Source: a candidate division WOR-3 bacterium (GTDB taxonomy: Bacteria > Hydrothermota > Tepidihabitantia > SM23-42 > CAYGYG01). From it: a DNA stretch of 56,718 bases. Under the pieces are notes generated by a model. It saw nothing but the letters and a program-made list of their open reading frames with translations. It had not been told where the DNA came from and made no database searches. Where the stretch lies: assembly GCA_965648915.1 (NCBI GenBank), contig CBFGIV010000011.1, positions 1 to 56,718 of the forward strand, given 5' to 3'. The translations under genes and the position numbers were made by a program. Shown piece by piece: positions 18,805 through 25,711 of the stretch (position 1 is the stretch's first letter; the number at the start of each line of letters is the position of its first letter).

Positions 18805-21066
18805 ATGCCTTTTCCCAGAATTTCAAATCTGCCCTTTGAGACAAAAGTCAAGGCGGTAGATGATTATCTCCGAACCGGGCTATCACTTAGAAAAGTTGCC
18901 CGAGCCTTCGGGCTCTCCCATAAGACCCTTTCATATTGGGTGAAACTTTACCGGGCCGGAGGAGCCGAAAGGTTAAAAAAGCAGAAAATATTCAAAAAAA
19001 GAGTGCCCAGAAAGATCGAGAAAAAAGTTATGCTCTTAAAAGAACAAAAACCTTCACTTACCATAAGCCGGGCAAAAGAGTTAATTAACCGAGCAGGAAT
19101 TCAAATATCATCTAAGGGTATCTGGCAGATCTGGCAGAGATACGGACTGGTTATTAGAAAAAGAGCATGGAAATTTGGGCCATTAGACCTTTTTGTACCC
19201 CTGACATCGGAATTGGAGTATAAGATTGAACAGGCAGAAAAACTTGTCAATGAAGGTAATTATCGCGGTGCAGCTAGGATACTGAATAGCCTGCCGGCAA
19301 TACCTGAGACTAAGCTTTTGCTGAAGATTCCAGAAAAATTTCTTTCCCTGAGAAGAAGACTGGACCGATTAGATTTAGCTGGCGATGAAATTCCCCGTCC
19401 GCAATTTTTAGAAAAGATCCGGCGTATGAGAAAATCCTTTGAGCAGAAGGGATATATCTATACTTCCCTCATTGCGGATTTTATGGAAATGAACACCTTG
19501 GGTTGGATTAGAAAGCCTGAAGAGAAATTGGTCGTTATTAACCGTGCTAAAAAAAAGATGCAGGGTATTAAAAATAGTTCATTGCAATTTCTCTTATTAT
19601 ACGAAGAAGCATCGACTTATAGTGATCTGCTTCGAGTATCTAAGACATTAAACATAATAAAAAAATGTCGTAAACTACTCTATCTTCTTCCTTATCCTTA
19701 CTACTGGGAGCGTTTTGGAGACCTTTCAACTTTTGTGGGCAAGTACCGGGATGCGATGTCTTTCTATAAAATGGCATTTAAAAAAACTGATGATCAGTTA
19801 GCACGGGCGCGGCTAGCTTTAAAGATTGCCATTTATGGTTACAGTTATGATGGAAATTATTTAGAGTGTCAGAAGTTTCTCAAAAAAGCAGAATCAATAA
19901 AGGATTCAGTGATCTTCCGTTCAACTTACGGCATAGCAAATGGCTATCTATCTTTTGGCCAGGGAGACCTTATTGAGGCGGCACACTTTTTTCATAAATC
20001 CCTGGAAAGTGCCTATAAGGGAGAACTTCACAATCGCATATTTGCTGCATCCCAGGGGTTATCAGCCGTAGCACAGGCGTTGAATAAAAAAAACGAAGCG
20101 AAGATTTTTCTTCAGAAATATCTTTCTTTAATGAAAAACCACCGATTGATAAGAGAAGAATTATTATTAAGAGTTCTTACAAATCAAACTGGAAATATTA
20201 CTACAAAATTTACTGCCCTCCCCCCTTTTCGTCTGTTAGGCCTTTTACTGAAAGCCAAACGCTCAAAGAAAATAGGAGATTATCGAGAGGTATGCACTTT
20301 TGCCCAGCGCCTCGGATTGACCGGCCTGCTCCATCGCTGGATTGTATTCTTCCCGGAGATAGTTTTGAATCTTCTTGAAAAAGGAAAAAAGACCGGGCTA
20401 CCTAAGGCCATATTAAAATTGCCCATTTTTAACCAAGAGATACCGGTTTATCATATAAAATTTCTCGGTAATCTTTCCGTCTTTAAGAATGGCCAATATA
20501 TAAAAAAAGAACTAACACCCAGGGAGCAATCATTCTTGATCTATACAGCACTGGAAGCCTGTTCACCAAAGAAGTCTGGATTATTGAGTAAGTTTGACCA
20601 TAATGTCTTGGCTGGTGATCAAAATTCAACAAGATATTTTTCTCGGTTTCTCTCGCGGTTAAAGAAGAAACTCAAGGTTCCCGGCTATTTACTCAGTATC
20701 TCATCCCGTCCAACCGAGTCCCGGATAGTTAATTCCGGAATATATTTTACAACCGATTATTGGGAATTTGAACAAAAATTAATCCAGGCAAAGGCGCTAC
20801 AGCGGGCAGGGGAGTGGGGTTTCGCTCGCAAAGAATACTTAAGGGCATTTAAGTTATTCCGTGGCGAGCCGTTTAAGAAGAATTTTGATAACTGGTCCGT
20901 GGATATGAGATTTAAGATTTTAAGCCAGTTTGAGACTGAGGCGATAAATTTTGCCAAAAGCTGTCTGGAACACGGGAATAAAAATGATGCACGAAAGATT
21001 TTGCAAAAAGTTTTGAAGATAATCCCGGATTCGGGAGAAACACAAAATCTACTTGAGACTCTGTGA
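18805..21066 (+). CDS. Putative transcriptional regulator 1: transposase-type HTH + TPR + SARP/BTAD-like C-terminus
   Basis: N-terminus SLRKVARAFGLSHKTLSYWVKLYRAGG...ISSKGIWQIWQRYGL (IS481/IS3/IS630-type HTH pair, no DDE seen); TPR-like helices; IKFLGNLSV...LSRLKKKL...TDYWEF...AFKLFRGEPF...W (wHTH-BTAD-like). Start moved from 18763 to in-frame ATG 18805 because the promoter lies at 18770-18798. Confidence 0.75.
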   Translation: MPFPRISNLPFETKVKAVDDYLRTGLSLRKVARAFGLSHKTLSYWVKLYRAGGAERLKKQKIFKKRVPRKIEKKVMLLKEQKPSLTISRAKELINRAGIQISSKGIWQIWQRYGLVIRKRAWKFGPLDLFVPLTSELEYKIEQAEKLVNEGNYRGAARILNSLPAIPETKLLLKIPEKFLSLRRRLDRLDLAGDEIPRPQFLEKIRRMRKSFEQKGYIYTSLIADFMEMNTLGWIRKPEEKLVVINRAKKKMQGIKNSSLQFLLLYEEASTYSDLLRVSKTLNIIKKCRKLLYLLPYPYYWERFGDLSTFVGKYRDAMSFYKMAFKKTDDQLARARLALKIAIYGYSYDGNYLECQKFLKKAESIKDSVIFRSTYGIANGYLSFGQGDLIEAAHFFHKSLESAYKGELHNRIFAASQGLSAVAQALNKKNEAKIFLQKYLSLMKNHRLIREELLLRVLTNQTGNITTKFTALPPFRLLGLLLKAKRSKKIGDYREVCTFAQRLGLTGLLHRWIVFFPEIVLNLLEKGKKTGLPKAILKLPIFNQEIPVYHIKFLGNLSVFKNGQYIKKELTPREQSFLIYTALEACSPKKSGLLSKFDHNVLAGDQNSTRYFSRFLSRLKKKLKVPGYLLSISSRPTESRIVNSGIYFTTDYWEFEQKLIQAKALQRAGEWGFARKEYLRAFKLFRGEPFKKNFDNWSVDMRFKILSQFETEAINFAKSCLEHGNKNDARKILQKVLKIIPDSGETQNLLETL
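20788..21027 (+). repeat. Copy 1 of a conserved 240-bp C-terminal cassette (copy 2 at 27653..27892)
   Basis: Encoded 80 aa are 73/80 identical between the two paralogs (manual count). Confidence 0.9.
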
Positions 21067-21128
21067 TTACGCAGATAAATACCGGATTACGCAGATATAA
21101 AAATTGGTTAAAAGTTAAATAGTTAAAT
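21065..21128 (+). repeat. Short direct repeats after regulator 1
   Basis: GATTACGCAGATA at 21065 and 21085 (20-bp period); AGTTAAAT twice at 21113-21128. Confidence 0.75.
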
Positions 21129-21154
21129 TATGGCGTGGTTTTATGACTGGAGTT

Positions 21155-21170
21155 AAGCCGCGAGGCTTTT
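21155..21170 (+). terminator. Possible intrinsic terminator of regulator 1
   Basis: AAGCC-GCGA-GGCTT hairpin with GNRA loop running into T residues; short stem. Confidence 0.4.
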
Positions 21171-21351
21171 ATCTCCGCTAAAGTTCAGGTGTGAGTCTTT
21201 TATTTATTAAAAATAGTTGCGGGGGGAATAAAATTCTTACGAATTAAACCCAGAACAAATACCGCTCTAACATGTTGAAATTTTAGTATGAGAGAATAAT
21301 TAAATGCAAAATCTGTTTCAATAAGCTGTTTTTACTTAAATTTGGTATTCT

Positions 21352-21377
21352 GGTATTCCGGTAATTACCGGAATACC
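21352..21377. repeat. Perfect 26-bp palindrome
   Basis: GGTATTCCGGTAA|TTACCGGAATACC. Confidence 0.85.
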
Positions 21378-21511
21378 GGAGTTTAATGAAGAATACGCTT
21401 TTAACTATATCACAGGTTCTTTCAGAAGATTCATTCCTTAAAATTCCAAACACAAAAATTCTCCCAAGTTAAGAGAAACAGTGCTATATTCTCTAAAATT
21501 CATTTCAACTA

Positions 21512-21538
21512 CCCTGGGGTGCCATAGGCACCCCAGGG
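21512..21538 (-). terminator. GC-rich hairpin downstream of the minus-strand secreted-protein operon (terminator or 3' stabiliser)
   Basis: CCCTGGGGTGCC-ATA-GGCACCCCAGGG, perfect 12-bp stem about 23 bp past the stop at 21562; poor U-tract. Confidence 0.5.
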
Positions 21539-21561
21539 GCACCAGAAAGGGGGTTGTGTTT

Positions 21562-21771
21562 TTAGACTTTGTTATTTCTTAAATCTCTTTGCAGACTCAA
21601 GGCACGCTCCAGGTCTTCTCGAGTAATATATCCCAGTTCAATCATTATCTCACCAAGCGGCTTATTTTTACCACTATATTTATTCATCTGCACCCATCGT
21701 GCCTCAACCACTTCTTTATGGGTTATCAAACCCAGCGTTATCAAAACTTCACCAAGTAAAACTTTATCCAT
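21562..21771 (-). CDS. Stand-alone MshEN-like small protein
   Basis: Two tandem motifs, LLGEVLITLGLIT-x11-Q and PLGEIMIELGYITREDLERALSLQ, resembling the MshEN consensus RLGxxLxxxGxIxxxxLxxxLxxQ. Confidence 0.7.
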   Translation of the reverse strand: MDKVLLGEVLITLGLITHKEVVEARWVQMNKYSGKNKPLGEIMIELGYITREDLERALSLQRDLRNNKV

Positions 21772-21819
21772 TCACCAAGTATAACCAGCATCCCAACCCC
21801 AACCTATAAACCATCTTTA

Positions 21820-24120
21820 TCATCTTATCTTCACCACCCGCACGGGCGAAAAGCTCTTATTCTCAGGCACGATAAAATAAACACCTGCAGGCAATTCACA
21901 ACCCAGATTGTCATCTCCGAACCAGGTGATACTGGATTCATGATTCATGATACATGATTCAAGATTAAAAGATTTTACAACACGTCCCGAAACATCGTAT
22001 ATCTTTATCATGTATCCTGTATCGTGTATCCTGCATCTGATATGGACATTGTTCCTGAATGGATTTGGATAAACTAACAAACTCTGGGTATGACTATCCA
22101 CATTCATATTTCCATCACCCTTGTTTTCTCCAATCCAGACCTGCCCACCATTTGTAGTCTTCCGAATCATTCCGCCGCTGCCCACAGCATAGACGATACT
22201 TTCGTTGATTGCCTGAATATCATTATAGGTCTGTCCTGTCTGAGTGTTAAGTACAAACCAATTTGTACCTCCGTTTGTTGTCTTCATCATATGCTCATAT
22301 GCACTATATTTGAATCCTACATACCCAATAAGATTGTCGGCAAAAGACACCGCCAACGCTGGCCCAATACCACCACAAAGGGGCAGTCCTATCCAAGAAT
22401 TTCCACCGTTGGTAGTTTTCAATACTTTATACTGACCGTTAACGCCAATAACGCCACAAATATAGCCGACCTGTGAGTTTACCGGAAAATCAATCGCATG
22501 GAGTTCTGCACTCGTACCCGGATTATAATTCACCAACCAAGTTTGCCCGCCATTAGTAGTTTTATAAATAAGATTACAGGTTGATGCATAACCGGTGTCA
22601 GCATTAAAGAAGAATAAATCAAAAACGCTCCGAATAGGATCATTGTTGGGGATTGGCTGACTTATCCAGTTATTGCCACCGTCGGTTGTTTTCAATATCA
22701 CGCCACCCGTACTATCCCGTCCTCCAATATAACCGATTTGCGGATTCACAAATTTTACTGCATATAGTGTGGCGGTAGTGGTTGAGTTCTTTGGGATCCA
22801 GATATTGCCGCCGTTGGTGGTTTTGAAAAAAGTTCCGTTAGCACCAACCGCAAAGCCGAGTTGATTATCAAGGAAATCCACATCATAAAAATCCTGACCG
22901 GTGCCTGTTGTTTGTTGAATCCAATTTGCTCCACCGTCCGTGGTTTTACAAATAGTCCCGCCGCCGCCTACTACATATCCATTCAAGTCATTCTCAGGAA
23001 AATCAACTGCATAGAAGGGTACTTCTGGACCGGTATTCAAGAAGTTCCAGGATATACCTCCATCCGTGGTTTTCAAAATTTGACCGTTTCCCCCGCTTCC
23101 TGCATAAACATATCCTAATGCATAGCCGGTCTGCATATTCGCAAAACAAATAGGCAACTCATAGTTCATAAATTTGGGGAGGAAAACCGGGGTCCAGTTA
23201 CTACCACCATTCGTTGTTTTCATAATAAAAGTACCATTCCAGCCTGAATTCGGATGTGCCCAACCACCGGCATAACCAGTTTGTGAGTTTACAAAATGTA
23301 CTGAATATAGCTCTGTCCAAACCTTCTGCCAAATTAGCTGCCAGGAACTCCCACCGTTTGTTGTTTTGATAATGTAACCGGTAGGGTAACTTCCCGTCGT
23401 AGTATACCCGCCAGCATAACCGGTCTGATTATCTGCAAAATACACACCTTTGACATTCATGGGTACAGGACTTGATTGCCTAATCCAATCTACGCCACCG
23501 TTTGTTGTTTTGAGTAATAATGCGTCAGTACCAACGTTTCCGACGGTATAGCCCGTATCTGCATTTACAGGAAAGTGGACTGCCCTCACATTAATAGTTG
23601 TATCTGAATTTATTTGAATCCAATCCTGCCCACCATTTGTGGTCTTCAATATCAACTTTCCTCCTGCTGCGTATCCCACTTGATTATTCCCCTGAGGAAA
23701 ATCAACAGCACATAGTGCAGTTCTCCTCGCCCCTGTATATTGAAATGTCCAAGTCGCACCCTGATCTGTGGTTTTTAAGATTATAGCATAAGAATAACGT
23801 AAAAAGTGAGTGCTCAGGAGCCAACCAACGGCGTAGCCGGTCATTGAATCGGGGAAATCAATGCCTTGAAGCATATAACAGCCAGGTTGAGAATCAGGAT
23901 GGGGTGTGAAATTGATATCCCAGGTTAGTCCCCCATCAGTGGTCTTCAGAATCGTTCCTCCATCCGCATCTACGACAAAGACAACATTTTCATTGATGAC
24001 ACAGAGGTTCCCATATTCACTCGCTTCAGGCTTGGGATTCTGCCAAACCCAGGAAAGATTCCCTGCAAAAACAGAGGACAAAGTGGCGATAAGACAGAAA
24101 AGTATCTGAGCAATTTTCAT
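21820..24120 (-). CDS. Secreted YCF48/BNR (Asp-box) beta-propeller protein with FlgD/T9SS-like C-terminal domain
   Basis: Signal peptide MKIAQILFCLIATLSSVFA, SD GAAAGGAGG; about 13 KTT(N/D)GG-x2-W repeats; YPNPF...IYDVSGRVVK...W-x-GDD...PAGVYF. Confidence 0.85.
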   Translation of the reverse strand: MKIAQILFCLIATLSSVFAGNLSWVWQNPKPEASEYGNLCVINENVVFVVDADGGTILKTTDGGLTWDINFTPHPDSQPGCYMLQGIDFPDSMTGYAVGWLLSTHFLRYSYAIILKTTDQGATWTFQYTGARRTALCAVDFPQGNNQVGYAAGGKLILKTTNGGQDWIQINSDTTINVRAVHFPVNADTGYTVGNVGTDALLLKTTNGGVDWIRQSSPVPMNVKGVYFADNQTGYAGGYTTTGSYPTGYIIKTTNGGSSWQLIWQKVWTELYSVHFVNSQTGYAGGWAHPNSGWNGTFIMKTTNGGSNWTPVFLPKFMNYELPICFANMQTGYALGYVYAGSGGNGQILKTTDGGISWNFLNTGPEVPFYAVDFPENDLNGYVVGGGGTICKTTDGGANWIQQTTGTGQDFYDVDFLDNQLGFAVGANGTFFKTTNGGNIWIPKNSTTTATLYAVKFVNPQIGYIGGRDSTGGVILKTTDGGNNWISQPIPNNDPIRSVFDLFFFNADTGYASTCNLIYKTTNGGQTWLVNYNPGTSAELHAIDFPVNSQVGYICGVIGVNGQYKVLKTTNGGNSWIGLPLCGGIGPALAVSFADNLIGYVGFKYSAYEHMMKTTNGGTNWFVLNTQTGQTYNDIQAINESIVYAVGSGGMIRKTTNGGQVWIGENKGDGNMNVDSHTQSLLVYPNPFRNNVHIRCRIHDTGYMIKIYDVSGRVVKSFNLESCIMNHESSITWFGDDNLGCELPAGVYFIVPENKSFSPVRVVKIR
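21934..22038. repeat. Two oppositely oriented degenerate heptamer arrays inside the CTD coding region
   Basis: 21934-21968 ggattca tgattca tgataca tgattca agattaa; 22004-22038 tttatca tgtatcc tgtatcg tgtatcc tgcatct (reverse-complement units resemble nGATwCA). Confidence 0.75.
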
Positions 24121-24223
24121 AAAACCTCCTTTCAAACTCCACTTATCAGCCCCTAAGTTGTTGTTGTTTTTTTATTATCTATCACCTCCTTCCTACTCTA
24201 TATTTTTACAAAATTTTTTTGTC

Positions 24224-25567
24224 CTACTCTATCTTGACAACTTTGTATGGACCAGATTTAGGCAATCTGACAAAGTAGACGCCCGATTTCAATTTTGAAC
24301 AGTCAAAATATCCGTTATCTGTGCAGGAAATATTCCTACCACTGGCATCATAGAGATATAAGGTTTTCCCTGAAAATTCCTGAAGCACTATGTTTTTTCT
24401 GATAATACTCGGCATCTTCGCTTTTGAAATGCCTTCTCGCTTGGTTTCCACAATACTCACTATTTCAATATCAATGTTCCCACGAATATCATACTGGGAC
24501 GAAACATACTCACTCCAGACATTGAGATACCGATTATTGGCACCGGGGACGACATCAGCATAGTAAATACTATTCGTTGATGGTGAAATTCTGAATGCCG
24601 ACCCAACTGGCGCACCACTGGTATTATATTTTTTACCCCAGAGTTGATAAACACTATCACTGTATAGTGAGTAGGTAACAAGATAATTTATCCCATCAAA
24701 TACAACACGCGCGGATTTGAAATAATATACAGGGGAGGCAATCGTGAAAGAACTACCGATAGGTACCCCTGTATTTGAAATCAATCGAGCCTTTAACGGA
24801 TAATCTGTACTCATCTCTACCCATACGACCATAAAATTAGTTCCACTATATGCGACATCCACAGAGTAGACAGATGCTGAAGCACTTGCCAATCGTAAGG
24901 TATCGCTCGCCATAGTTCCATCTGTATTCACGAAGCGGCCATAAACATAGTAAGGTGATGGACTATAAGTACCCCAGATAACAAAATATCTTGTCCCACC
25001 CCAAGTAACTGAAGGATAATACTGGTATTGGGTTTCGTTTCTTGAGATCCGAATTCCCGAAGGGTCAAGTACTGAACCGCTGGGCGCTACGCGGGCTCCG
25101 TAAATTTGCGAGCTGCTCCTAAAATCTCCCCAAACCACAAAGTAATTCCCACTGCCAAAGGTAATCTCCGGAGCATATTGGACTGGCATAGGACCATCGT
25201 GATATATGTAGAATGCTGAACCTAATGGATCACAGGTCGGAGTCACACGGATTCCTTGAATATCACCGTAACTTCAACATCCGTCGCGCCAGACCACAAG
25301 AAAGTTTGAACCATCATATGCTACTGCAGGAGTAAAACAACTGTCTTGAAATAAAAATTTTCCATTAAGGTCTATTACTGTGCCGGTTGGTGAAATGCGT
25401 GCTCCATAAAGGGCATATTGGGGATAATTACGATAATCTGTCCAGAAAACATAGTATTGACTGTTGGCGTACGCAGCACAGGGGAATCGTTCATCTGAAT
25501 TAAGATTAGTAATAGGAAAATCCACGCTAAAAAGCCTTAACACTATAAGCACAATTATGTTAAGCAT
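24224..25567 (-). CDS. Secreted beta-repeat protein with T9SS-like CTD, interrupted by one in-frame TGA (candidate selenoprotein; alternatively a nonsense pseudogene)
   Basis: ORFs 25274..25567 and 24224..25246 share a frame. Junction reads FLVVWRDGC-TGA-SYGDIQGIRVTP, matching the internal repeat YFVVWGDFR-x-QIYGARV. The signal peptide is only in the upstream part and the CTD only in the downstream part. 447 aa if read through. Confidence 0.7.
25241..25273 (-). promoter_or_regulatory. SECIS-like hairpin immediately 3' of the in-frame UGA
   Basis: UGA-AGUUAC GG UGAU AUUC AAG GAAU CC GU GUGACU: AGUUAC/GUGACU, GG/CC and AUUC/GAAU pair; apical loop starts 16 nt after the UGA. Confidence 0.45.
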
Positions 25568-25674
25568 AAAACTCCTTTCATAGCTATTATATTATTACTT
25601 GTGTACAAAATCTTGATGGAGCATTAGATTAAATATCGCTAAAATCAGCACTTTTTACAATATCTCAAAAGCCA

Positions 25675-25702
25675 TTGACAAATTTCATTTTTTTTGTAAA
25701 AT
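25675..25702 (+). promoter_or_regulatory. Sigma-70 promoter of regulator 2, near-leaderless
   Basis: TTGACA-N16-TAAAAT-N9-ATG(25712); no SD. Confidence 0.65.
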
Positions 25703-25711
25703 TTACAGCAA

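Noticed and set aside
21065..21128. CRISPR array
   Set aside because: Only two 13-bp units separated by 7 bp; no cas genes.
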